DNA of 32,000 bases from Candidatus Saccharimonadota bacterium. GTDB taxonomy: Archaea > Nanohalarchaeota > Nanosalinia > Nanosalinales > Nanosalinaceae. The stretch lies in NCBI GenBank assembly GCA_001761425.1, contig CP012986.1:270001-302000 (forward strand). The letters run 5' to 3'. Every line of letters begins with the position of its first letter. Position 1 is the first letter of the stretch. Made by a program: the position numbers and the translations under genes. Shown piece by piece: positions 23,094 through 30,649 of the stretch. The notes below the pieces were generated by a model. That model was not told where the DNA came from, searched no databases, and was given only the letters and a program-made list of their open reading frames with translations.

Positions 23094-24338
23094 ATTCTCG
23101 TAAAGCTCAAACTCTTCAAGAAGCTCCGAGACATTTTCATGGACTTCATCCTTCAAGGCCTCGTCCTCAGGACTGTTCACAACCTTTCCGATCATCTCGC
23201 CAATCTTTTCAAGCATATCCTCTTCCATACCTCTTGTAGTTAAAGCTGGAGTGCCGATCCTGATACCGGAGGTGATACGGGGCGATTCCGGATCGTGAGG
23301 CACCATATTTTTGTTAACGATAATATTCACGTCTTCGAGGGCTTCCTCAGCTTCTTTACCGGTTACTTCTTCCTCACGAAGGTCTACCAGGACGAGATGG
23401 TTGTCCGTTCCGCCTGACACCATTTTAAGGTCTTCTCTTCTAAGGCCTTCCGCCAACGCCTTCGTGTTTTTCTTTATCTGTTTCGCGTAATCCTTGAACT
23501 CGGGTTTCATGGCTTCTCTGAAACACACTGCCTTTCCCGCGATCTGATGCATTAGTGGGCCTCCCTGAGAGAATGGGAACAGGGCTTTGTCCACCTGATC
23601 GCCGTACTCTTCTTTGCAGAGGATCATGCCTCCTCTCGCACCTCTGATGGATTTGTGCGTGGTTGTTGTAACTATATCACATTCTGGGAACGGTGAGGGA
23701 TGTTCTCCTGCTGCGACAAGGCCTGAAATATGTGCTATGTCACACATCAGGATGGCGTCTGCCTCGTTCGCTGCTTCCCTGAACGCTGAGAAGTTTATCT
23801 TCCTTGGATAGGCTGAGTAACCGCAGACGATTAGATCTGGGTCGTGTTCCTTTGCTGCTTTGATTATATCCTCTTTCTCGAACCTCTCTGTCTCCTCGTT
23901 TATACTGTATGTATCGAAGTCGAAAAGCTCGCCGGAGAAGTTAACGTGATGTCCATGTGTCAGGTGTCCGCCGTGGCTAAGTACAGGTCCAAGGATTTTA
24001 TCCCCGGCTTCCAGAACCGAAAAGTAGGCTGCAAAGTTTGCCTGGCTTCCCGAGTGAGGCTGGACATTCACATGGTAGGCACCGAAGATTTCCCTTGCCC
24101 TATCACGTGCCAGATCCTCTATCTCATCGTGGTATTTACAACCTGCGTAGTACCTCTTACCAGGATATCCTTCCGCGTACTTGTTCGTCAAGATACTTCC
24201 CTGCGCCTGTAGAATCTGCTTTGGCACAAAGTTCTCCGATGCTATCATCTCGAGGCCTTCCTTTTCCTGCCTCTCCATCTCATTTTCAAGTGCTTCATGA
24301 ACTTCCGGGTCTGCCTCAGAAAGATCTCGGTGCTCCAT
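23076..24338 (-). CDS. glyA: Serine hydroxymethyltransferase
   Basis: LEMIASENF..ILTNKYAEGYPGKRYYAGC..VNVQPHSGSQAN..GGHLTHG..VTTTTHKSIRGARGG (PLP-lysine motif). Confidence 0.92.
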   Translation of the reverse strand: MEHRDLSEADPEVHEALENEMERQEKEGLEMIASENFVPKQILQAQGSILTNKYAEGYPGKRYYAGCKYHDEIEDLARDRAREIFGAYHVNVQPHSGSQANFAAYFSVLEAGDKILGPVLSHGGHLTHGHHVNFSGELFDFDTYSINEETERFEKEDIIKAAKEHDPDLIVCGYSAYPRKINFSAFREAANEADAILMCDIAHISGLVAAGEHPSPFPECDIVTTTTHKSIRGARGGMILCKEEYGDQVDKALFPFSQGGPLMHQIAGKAVCFREAMKPEFKDYAKQIKKNTKALAEGLRREDLKMVSGGTDNHLVLVDLREEEVTGKEAEEALEDVNIIVNKNMVPHDPESPRITSGIRIGTPALTTRGMEEDMLEKIGEMIGKVVNSPEDEALKDEVHENVSELLEEFELYENSGVRY

Positions 24339-24377
24339 ACCTAAACAGTCTCACACAACTACTACATAACTTACGAT

Positions 24378-25565
24378 TCACTCAACATCCTCAAGAACAA
24401 AACCCTCCTCAAAACCGCCTCTCTCCCTGCTCTTCTCCTCCCTCAACTCTTCTAAACGTTCACGAGAAAGGCCTTCATTTTCGATGTACGCATCGATAAC
24501 CTCAAGAAGATCCGCAAGTTCCTCTCTTTCCCCATCCTCAGCGAACTCCTCAGCTTCCTCCACAACTTTCTCCCTAAGAAACCTGTCAAGCTCGAGGCCT
24601 TCAACTTCTCTAATTTTCGCTTTTTCACCGTTTTCCTCTATGACCTCGGGAATTCTGTCACGGACAAGCTTAGGAAGTTCCCTGGCCTCCTTCCATTCCT
24701 GATGAGCTCTTTTCAGGCCTTCACGCAGTTCATCGTGCATTTCCAGTTTATCCAGTTGTTCTTTCTCCACCCACTGGAAATCGGTGTGCTCATCGCCCAG
24801 CGATACTTCAAGAATCTTTGGATCGCATAGAAACATGGTTCCGAACACCTGTTCGCCGTTATCTCTCATAAACGTCCAGGAAGTAACAGGTCCAACGATT
24901 TCAGCTTCAATACCTGCCTCCTCTCTAACTTCCCGTTTCAGGCCTTCCTGCGGCTTCTCTTCGTAGTCAAATCGTCCATCCGCATTTCCGTTTGAAATGC
25001 TGTTAGGAGCATCCGGTTCCCGGATGCGTCCTCCTGGGACATCCCACAGGTTTTCGAGATGTGTTTCATCACCTGCACGTTTGATAACGAGTATTTTGCC
25101 TTTGCTGTTCACTATAACTGCTTTTCCGGCAGCCCTGAAGTTTTTTCGTTCCTCCAGGAACTTCTCGAATGCTTCCTTGAGGCCTCCTATCAGTTCATAG
25201 TCCATGAAATTCCCTGGATTGATCCATTTATATTTTATGTGGTCCTCGGATAGCTCTACTTCTGACTTCTCTGCTTCCGCAATGAAATAAGTGCCATGGA
25301 TATGCCAGCGTTCTCCTCCAACCTCAGGCCTCCAATCATCCGCGAAGAAAGGCCTGAGAACTTCTGCTTTGAGACCTGCTTCTTCTTTAACTTCTCCTTT
25401 CAGGCTTTGTGTAAAGCTCTGTCCTAGTTTTATTCTTCCCCCAGGTACATCCCATTTTCCGGCGTTGGCTCCTTCATCGTACTCTGTAGACTCTTTTAGT
25501 AGCAGGATTTTTCCTGAACTGTTCTGGATGAAGGCCTTTGCTGCTGTAAATGTTTTATCTGCCAT
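24378..25565 (-). CDS. Triple-domain nucleotide pyrophosphohydrolase: Nudix - Nudix - MazG/PRA-PH-like
   Basis: Nudix 1 box is GGRIKLGQSFTQSLKGEVKEEAGL (partly degenerate). Nudix 2 box is GGRIREPD..[insert]..EEKPQEGLKREVREEAGI. The C-terminal ~95 aa (24381-24668), LVRDRIPEVIEENG...EEAEEF....EELADLLEVIDAYIE..GLS...LEELREEKSRERGGFE, matches the stand-alone MazG-like/PRA-PH-like NTP pyrophosphohydrolase family. Confidence 0.75.
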   Translation of the reverse strand: MADKTFTAAKAFIQNSSGKILLLKESTEYDEGANAGKWDVPGGRIKLGQSFTQSLKGEVKEEAGLKAEVLRPFFADDWRPEVGGERWHIHGTYFIAEAEKSEVELSEDHIKYKWINPGNFMDYELIGGLKEAFEKFLEERKNFRAAGKAVIVNSKGKILVIKRAGDETHLENLWDVPGGRIREPDAPNSISNGNADGRFDYEEKPQEGLKREVREEAGIEAEIVGPVTSWTFMRDNGEQVFGTMFLCDPKILEVSLGDEHTDFQWVEKEQLDKLEMHDELREGLKRAHQEWKEARELPKLVRDRIPEVIEENGEKAKIREVEGLELDRFLREKVVEEAEEFAEDGEREELADLLEVIDAYIENEGLSRERLEELREEKSRERGGFEEGFVLEDVE

Positions 25566-25568
25566 TTT

Positions 25569-25979
25569 CTAGACCTCTGTTTCCTCTACTAACTTCTTCA
25601 TTTTTTCAGGAAGTTCTTGTTCTTTGACAAGTTCTGCTTTTCCTTCCCAGCTTCCGCCTTCAGAAAACTCCTGTTCAAGTTCGGCGGAGTAGAAGAAATG
25701 TAGGCCTGTTATGCCGTCGAACTCTGGCTTTATTACCTCGAGTTTTCTTATTTCGGCTTCAAGGCCTGTTTCTTCCTTTAGTTCTCTTTCAGCTGCTTCT
25801 GCTGGATGTTCTCCGGCCTTGATTATGCCTCCCGGGAACCTGTAGCCTGTTCCTGTGTTCAGTACAAGTATCCTGCCTTCTTCACGGCAGAGTGTATTGG
25901 AGCCGGGAACAGGGTAGAGCAGTTTCCCGATTACAGGTGAAATCTTTCTCTCTATCTCCGTTACCAGCTCTCTGATCAT
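25569..25979 (-). CDS. Nudix hydrolase (canonical Nudix box)
   Basis: GGIIKAGEHPAEAAERELKEETGLEAEI fits G-x5-E-x7-REUxEExGU. There are 3-nt spacers to both neighbouring genes. Confidence 0.8.
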   Translation of the reverse strand: MIRELVTEIERKISPVIGKLLYPVPGSNTLCREEGRILVLNTGTGYRFPGGIIKAGEHPAEAAERELKEETGLEAEIRKLEVIKPEFDGITGLHFFYSAELEQEFSEGGSWEGKAELVKEQELPEKMKKLVEETEV

Positions 25980-25982
25980 TTT

Positions 25983-26627
25983 CTATTCCTCTGCCAGCAT
26001 TCTGACGATGATCTGCAGTATCTCGACGAACACACCCATGTAGGCGATGTAGATTCCGATACCGTTCATTACTACCCGTCCAGGCCTCTGTTTCATCCTC
26101 CAGATCTCGTATACCAGATATACTATGAAACCTATCAGGACCAGGATGAATGTCAGAAGCATCAGTGGAGGGAAAAAGCTGCCGACAAGGCCTGAGCCTA
26201 GAGCAGCCATGAACAGGTAATTCGAGTATTTGCCCCACGATCTGAAGCTCCTGCCGGTCAAGTAGACTAGGAGTGTTGCTCCGACTGCGACAGCTGTCGT
26301 GATGACTGCTGTGAGGCCTAGAGCCAGTGGGAAAAGATTCGCTGGTAAAAGGGCGAGGATACCTCCGCCGAAGACTCCGTAAGTTATCTGCAGGAGGCCT
26401 GTTCCTGCTGTTGCGAGGCCTGTATTATCTTTTTTTATCCCTTTTTTGGCGAGCCATCTTCCGCCGGTTAGGCCTGCTCCGAAGATGACCATGCCGATGA
26501 TAGGTACGCTGAAAAGCAGGTTTGTTATTTTTGAGAGAGGTGTTACTGCGATGACTGCCATCAGTGCGACGTTGATCAGTATGAGGCCTGTGCTTAGGCC
26601 TATGCTTTTGAGTTCGTCGGAGTTCAT
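25983..26627 (-). CDS. Multi-pass (about 7 TM) membrane protein, Bax-inhibitor-1/YccA-like
   Basis: 214 aa, glycine-rich TM helices, size and topology as in BI-1/YccA. The assignment rests on overall pattern only. Confidence 0.4.
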   Translation of the reverse strand: MNSDELKSIGLSTGLILINVALMAVIAVTPLSKITNLLFSVPIIGMVIFGAGLTGGRWLAKKGIKKDNTGLATAGTGLLQITYGVFGGGILALLPANLFPLALGLTAVITTAVAVGATLLVYLTGRSFRSWGKYSNYLFMAALGSGLVGSFFPPLMLLTFILVLIGFIVYLVYEIWRMKQRPGRVVMNGIGIYIAYMGVFVEILQIIVRMLAEE

Positions 26628-26696
26628 GTGATTGTTTTGGTCGGTGATCTTTTAGGCTGTGGTGGCTTGATAAGTTTTCCAATCCAATCTGGTTGT

Positions 26697-27443
26697 ATGT
26701 CGGATGGAGATTTTGAAGGCCTTTTCATCGTTATTGAAGGACCTGATGCTTCGGGTAAGCAGACTCAGACGGCCAAGATAACTAAGTGGCTGAGGGAGAA
26801 GGATCTTTCAGATATTTCGGAAGATCAGGAGAAAGATTTGATTGAGAGGATGCCTGGAAAGTATCCTGCTCCAGAGACTGATGAGAAGGTGGAGGACTCC
26901 ATAGAAAACGGAGTCTGGAGGCTATCGTTCCCGTCTTACAGCCAGACTCCGGGAGGCAGAGTGGTCGAGGCCTATCTGGATGGAAGACTGGGTGCTAGAG
27001 AAGGCCTTTCTATGCAGGATAAGGTCGATATCTATGCTGGGGACAGGAAACAGTTCAAGGAACAGATCAGACAGTACCTGGAGAGAGGAGGGATCGTGGT
27101 CTGTGACCGCTACCGTGAAGCGAATCTTATACACCAGCTTGTAGGCTTTGAAGACGAAGAATGGGAGGAAAAACTTGAGGAGATCAAAGAAGTCGACGCA
27201 GATCTTCCAGACGCTGACAGAGTACTTTACCTTGACCTATCGCCTGAAGAAGCCCTGGAAAGGATGTCAGATAAAGATAAGGATATCCATGAACTGGATG
27301 ACAGCTACATGAAAAAATCCAACATGAATGGCAGAAAAGTAGCTGAACACGAATCCTGGAAGATCATAGACGCAGAGAGAACACGTGAACGGGTGGAGAA
27401 AGATATCAGAGACCAAATCAAGAAAATTCTCCAGAGAGACTAA
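26697..27443 (+). CDS. tmk: Thymidylate kinase-like dNMP kinase with an acidic ~35-aa insertion after the P-loop helix
   Basis: I prefer the ATG at 26697 (MSDGDFEGLFIVIEGPDASGKQTQ, P-loop). It continues RLSFPSYSQTPGGRVVEAYL...VVCDRY..AN..H. The track's start at 26628 adds an implausible hydrophobic leader that begins immediately after the first base (26627) of the divergent gene's start codon. Confidence 0.7.
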   Translation: MSDGDFEGLFIVIEGPDASGKQTQTAKITKWLREKDLSDISEDQEKDLIERMPGKYPAPETDEKVEDSIENGVWRLSFPSYSQTPGGRVVEAYLDGRLGAREGLSMQDKVDIYAGDRKQFKEQIRQYLERGGIVVCDRYREANLIHQLVGFEDEEWEEKLEEIKEVDADLPDADRVLYLDLSPEEALERMSDKDKDIHELDDSYMKKSNMNGRKVAEHESWKIIDAERTRERVEKDIRDQIKKILQRD

Positions 27444-27478
27444 CTGTCCAGAGAGTTCGAAAAATCAAATTCAAGGCC

Positions 27479-27529
27479 TTTTTTCAGGATGCCTCAGGAT
27501 TTCTGGTTTTTGCGTCTGGTTCTTTTTTT
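27479..27529 (+). terminator. Series of T-tracts after tmk (putative archaeal terminator region)
   Basis: T-runs occur at about 27479-27484, 27506-27511 and 27521-27529 within the 105-nt spacer. Confidence 0.35.
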
Positions 27530-27548
27530 AGGGTTTAACTAAAGTATT

Positions 27549-28220
27549 TTGGATTGGAAAACATTGTTTATGCTGGATCAGAGAGAAGTGGAGGAATTGA
27601 AGGCCTTGATCCGGGAGGAGTTTTCGGATTACTATGAGCTTGCCGGTGGGAAAAACTACAGGTATCATCACCTGGTCAGAACTCACAGGTATGTGAAGAA
27701 GATGATGAGAAGGGAAGAGCTTGAAGGCCTTAAGATTGATGAAGAAGTTCTGGAGGTCTCGGCACTTTTCCATGACCTAGGGAGAAAAGAGGATATTGAG
27801 GAAGGTTTCCTGAACCCTATGGAAGGGGAGAACAGTGAGCATGCGGAGAGAGGAGCCGAGATGGTTTCAGATTACATCGATGATTTTCTGGAAGATGACA
27901 AGGTTGAAAGAGTTGAGAAAGTTATCTCCAACCATCACAGAGAGGCAGAGACTGTTGAGGGAGAGATACTGCAGGACTGTGACGCGCTCTCAAACTTCGG
28001 AGTCAATAATCTCTGGAGGATGATACATTACTCTGCTGACAGGGAAAGAACTGTAGATGAAAGCATAGAGTATTTCTGGGATGAGGCCTTGAACGCTTAC
28101 AGGAAGAAACTGAAGGATTTCAATCTTGATGTATCGAAGAGGATAGCCAGGAAGAGAATAGTCAGACATCAGGAAGCGGTCATCCAGATGGATCAGGAGC
28201 TTCACGCTGAAGACATCTGA
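27549..28220 (+). CDS. HD-domain metal-dependent phosphohydrolase
   Basis: H..V (HHLVRTHRYV), ALFHDLGR (the HD motif), EHAERGA, NHH, DCD. The track start is a TTG at 27549. The ATG at 27570 lies about 30-35 nt downstream of a TATA-like TTTAACTAAAG and may be the real, leaderless start. Confidence 0.75.
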   Translation: MDWKTLFMLDQREVEELKALIREEFSDYYELAGGKNYRYHHLVRTHRYVKKMMRREELEGLKIDEEVLEVSALFHDLGRKEDIEEGFLNPMEGENSEHAERGAEMVSDYIDDFLEDDKVERVEKVISNHHREAETVEGEILQDCDALSNFGVNNLWRMIHYSADRERTVDESIEYFWDEALNAYRKKLKDFNLDVSKRIARKRIVRHQEAVIQMDQELHAEDI

Positions 28221-28256
28221 AAACACTTTTTAACCCGTTAAAACAAAGGAAAGTTT

Positions 28257-28958
28257 ATGGACCCCAGAAAAGCCCAGAAATTTGAGAGACACAGGAAAGA
28301 ACTCAGGAAAAAAGCCTTCCTCAACATAACAATCGTCATACTTGTAGCTACAGGCCTTGCATTCTACATAGGAGGATTTACAGCAGATTTCCTGTACATC
28401 TTTCTCTCCACAAACATCGCTGTCTGGTTCTCCACAGTCTTTGTCGCAGCACTGATATTTATCTGGAGCCTCCCGCTTCTACATTACCGTGAAGAGGCGA
28501 AGATGAAATCCGAAAAAGCCAAGGAGCACTTCCTGGACATGGAACCGGAGAAATCGCCTATAGTACAGGTAATGGAGGAAAGAGGATGGGAAAAGATCGA
28601 ATCAGATGAGAACGAAGTCAGACTGGAGACATACCCGACACTGTTCCACAGAATCCTCAAAAAGAAGGCCTCACTCCATCTCGAAGAAGAGGAAAGAGGA
28701 CAGGACCACGAGGTTACAGTACTGAAAACGGGAGGAAAAGAAGTCTCAAGGATAAAGACTGAATACGAGGAAACCGATGAAGGCCTTGAAATTACAGAAA
28801 CCACTGTTTCAAGAACCCGTGTATCACCGATCTACGTCGAGGTAACACTTTATCTTATGCCTGAGATTGAGGAATTGACGGAAGAAGCAGCGAACGAGGA
28901 GATAGAGATAATCGATGAAGATATAGATTACAGTATAAACCACTACGAGTTCGAGTAA
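28257..28958 (+). CDS. Hypothetical membrane protein (N-terminal TM helices, acidic C-terminal domain)
   Basis: 233-aa ORF. A TATA-like CTTTTTAAC is centred about 27 nt upstream of the ATG. No family recognised. Confidence 0.55.
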   Translation: MDPRKAQKFERHRKELRKKAFLNITIVILVATGLAFYIGGFTADFLYIFLSTNIAVWFSTVFVAALIFIWSLPLLHYREEAKMKSEKAKEHFLDMEPEKSPIVQVMEERGWEKIESDENEVRLETYPTLFHRILKKKASLHLEEEERGQDHEVTVLKTGGKEVSRIKTEYEETDEGLEITETTVSRTRVSPIYVEVTLYLMPEIEELTEEAANEEIEIIDEDIDYSINHYEFE

Positions 28959-28988
28959 AGAAGAAAAGAGGAGGTTAATATGTTTTTC

Positions 28989-29192
28989 TCAGTCGAGGCC
29001 GCGTTCTCTGGAGGCTTTCATGCTCAGAGGTATGTACTGGGCTATGAACGAGGAAATCAGTATCGTCAGGAAGAAACCTGTCTCTGAATTGATCGCTGGA
29101 AGGCCCATCACCAGTCTGTGCAGTATATAGACTGCTGTTACAGCTACAGCTCCTAAGAAGCTTATCTCGCCCGGACTCATCGAATTTTCCAT
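28989..29192 (-). CDS. Small 2-TM membrane protein (hypothetical)
   Basis: I prefer the start at MENSMSPGE (29192), which has AGGTGA 5 nt upstream. Two hydrophobic helices. Convergent with the previous gene. Confidence 0.4.
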   Translation of the reverse strand: MENSMSPGEISFLGAVAVTAVYILHRLVMGLPAINSETGFFLTILISSFIAQYIPLSMKASRERGLD

Positions 29193-29388
29193 AACTATCA
29201 CCTGACAAGAAATTGTTGACTACTTCATAACTTCTTTATTACATTTTTCCATAATTTTCCAGGATGAACTGGTCCGCCTGGTTAAAAACATGTGAAGGCC
29301 TGTAAGATTATCTATTGATGCAATAATGTGGTTTCCAGAAGCAATTCTTTTGGTTCAGAGCCTGTAAATACGTATACAGTGATTAAAA

Positions 29389-30345
29389 ATGAATTACAAG
29401 TTCATGATGACGGCGGTATTCGCTATAGCAGTGACTGCAGGCATCCTGACAAATACTCAGGGAGTGGCTGCCCAAGGCCTTGAGGACGATTTTTTCACGG
29501 GAAGTTTCTATAACGACAGCTTCTTCGATGAGTCTTCTGATGACAGTTTCTTCGAAGACTCGTTTTTCGGAGATGACCCGTTCTTCAGCGATGAAGATGA
29601 TTCAGCTGGAGATGATACAGGTAACCAGAGCGAGTCCGGGTGTGAACCTGGAGAAGTCCATATACCTGAGGATCAGGACTGTGATGGCGAGATAGATGAC
29701 AGGTTCCGAGGCAATGATACGGAACAGGATCCTGAAAACGGTTCGAACAACGAGACAGAAAATACTACCGAGGTAGAGGAAAGACATGTCACCCCTGCTC
29801 CAGAACCTTCCGCAACAGGTGAAGACTGGATCAGCTACCCTAACCCAAGAGACCATTACAAACATGACCAGGGTATACACAGAGAGGGATCGATCAAAGT
29901 ATGCAAAGTACTCCTCAACCAGAACAGCGAACCGATAACAGGGAAATCTATACCCGGAACCACGTTCACTGTCGATACGAACATCACATACGAAGACGGA
30001 AGACCTGTAACATTTACAACAGAGCTTGACCAGGTCGCAGACCTGATAGGAACAAGCCCAGACCTCATAGAAGGAGATGGATACCTCGATGCAGAATGCG
30101 CAGAGTTCCACGACCTTGAGCTAAACCAGACATACACCTACAGCCAGGAAACAATCACGGGAGAACACTCCGACCGAGTTAAAACTGTAGGATACGAAGA
30201 ATACTGGGAAAGAGGCCAGCCACAGCCATACACCGAGGCCAACAGCTACGGAGAAAAAAACGAATCCGACGGAAGAATCCATCTTACGCCAGGCGATGAC
30301 AACCGCCACGCAGAAATCATAATTATAAACCAGATAACAGGATAG
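29389..30345 (+). CDS. Secreted protein: signal peptide, acidic [DES]-x-F-F repeat region, C-terminal prealbumin/Cna-B-like beta-sandwich
   Basis: MNYKFMMTAVFAIAVTAGILTNTQGVAAQ, then DDFFTGSFYNDSFFDESSDDSFFEDSFFGDDPFFSDEDD. The C-terminal SIKVCKVLLNQNSEPITGKSIPGTTFTV....HAEIIIINQ resembles SpaA/SdrD-B-type domains, with low certainty. Confidence 0.6.
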   Translation: MNYKFMMTAVFAIAVTAGILTNTQGVAAQGLEDDFFTGSFYNDSFFDESSDDSFFEDSFFGDDPFFSDEDDSAGDDTGNQSESGCEPGEVHIPEDQDCDGEIDDRFRGNDTEQDPENGSNNETENTTEVEERHVTPAPEPSATGEDWISYPNPRDHYKHDQGIHREGSIKVCKVLLNQNSEPITGKSIPGTTFTVDTNITYEDGRPVTFTTELDQVADLIGTSPDLIEGDGYLDAECAEFHDLELNQTYTYSQETITGEHSDRVKTVGYEEYWERGQPQPYTEANSYGEKNESDGRIHLTPGDDNRHAEIIIINQITG

Positions 30346-30359
30346 ACAAAGGCCTTCCA

Positions 30360-30385
30360 TTTACCTTTTTTCCTTTCTTTTTACT
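30360..30385 (+). terminator. T-rich putative terminator after the secreted-protein gene
   Basis: ccttttttcctttcttttt begins 15-20 nt after the stop codon. Confidence 0.4.
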
Positions 30386-30402
30386 CGCAATTGAAGGAAA
30401 AA

Positions 30403-30424
30403 TGGCAGGGCAGGGATTTGAACT
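30403..30424 (-). repeat. Degenerate direct copy of the 3' end of the adjacent tRNA gene (acceptor 3' strand, T-stem 3' strand and T-loop)
   Basis: tggcagggcagggatttgaact (30403-30424) matches tggcggggccgagatttgaact (30467-30488) at 19 of 22 positions in the same orientation. It does not fold into a complete T-arm, and no 5' half is adjacent. Confidence 0.6.
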
Positions 30425-30428
30425 ACCC

Positions 30429-30448
30429 GAAAATCTCTGGAGATTTTC
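30429..30448. other. Hairpin/palindrome GAAAATCT-CTGG-AGATTTTC between the tRNA and its 3'-end duplicate
   Basis: 8 perfect pairs. The stem is identical to hairpin 1245-1264 except for one compensated pair (C-G becomes T-A). Confidence 0.5.
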
Positions 30449-30466
30449 TAAAAAACGTATAAATCT

Positions 30467-30539
30467 TGGCGGGGCCGAGATTTGAACTCGGGTCCGTACC
30501 GCCCCGGGGTACGATGATAGTCCACTACACTACCCCGCC
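30467..30539 (-). tRNA. tRNA-Pro (anticodon GGG by manual folding); no encoded CCA, no intron
   Basis: Reverse complement: GGCGGGG-TA-GTGT-AGTGGACTA-TCAT-C-GTACC-CCGGGGC-GGTAC-GGAC-CCGAG-TTCAAAT-CTCGG-CCCCGCC-A. It has a 7-bp acceptor stem, a 5-bp anticodon stem, a 5-bp T-stem with a TTCAAAT loop, G18G19 in the D-loop, and discriminator A. The anticodon is at 30503-30505 (ccc on the plus strand). Position 33 reads C. Confidence 0.8.
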
Positions 30540-30649
30540 GAACTTAGATGATAAGTTCGAGCAATCGAAGCCATGCTATGCATCGCTTTCAGGAATACCC
30601 TACAGACGAGGCCTTTGTCGTGAGAAATTTTAAATCTGAACTTGGGGGA

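Noticed and set aside
25882-26682. Alternative-frame ORFs 25882-26238 and 26425-26682 (minus) and 26446-26631 (plus).
   Set aside because: They are nested in or overlap the multi-TM BI-1-like CDS and the Nudix CDS. Their translations are Arg/His-rich shadows.
19021-27443. Phage-T4-like DNA hypermodification pathway (ThyA-family hydroxymethylase, dNTP pyrophosphatase and dNMP kinase), possibly linked to the AGGCCT signal.
   Set aside because: The ThyA homologue keeps the uracil-specifying Asn (PFNIAAY; dCMP hydroxymethylases have Asp there). It is also operonic with DHFR, which is needed only when the folate is oxidised, as in a true thymidylate synthase. The canonical dTMP cycle is the simpler explanation. 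The idea would be worth revisiting only if LC-MS shows modified bases.
28975-29208. 77-aa minus-strand ORF overlapping the 2-TM small ORF in another frame.
   Set aside because: The 28989-29192 frame gives two clean hydrophobic helices and has an AGGTGA ribosome-binding site. The 77-aa frame is Ser/Arg-rich with no features.
29255-29275. ggatgaactggtccgcc resembles the T-arm/variable region of the tRNA (gaact..ggtccg..cc) and could be the second boundary of an island around gene 29389-30345.
   Set aside because: The match is short and gapped (about 5 + 6 nt). It is to a different part of the tRNA than the 30403-30424 fragment, so it is not a direct repeat of that fragment and is likely chance.
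30540-30649. Possible C/D-box sRNA or other ncRNA between the tRNA and the NFACT gene (agATGATAa ... CTGA; small hairpin AACTTA-gatga-TAAGTT at 30541-30557).
   Set aside because: The C box is imperfect (GAUGAUA rather than RUGAUGA). The C-to-D distance of ~90 nt is too long for archaeal C/D sRNAs, and I could not find C'/D' boxes. It is more simply the tRNA 5' leader and promoter region.
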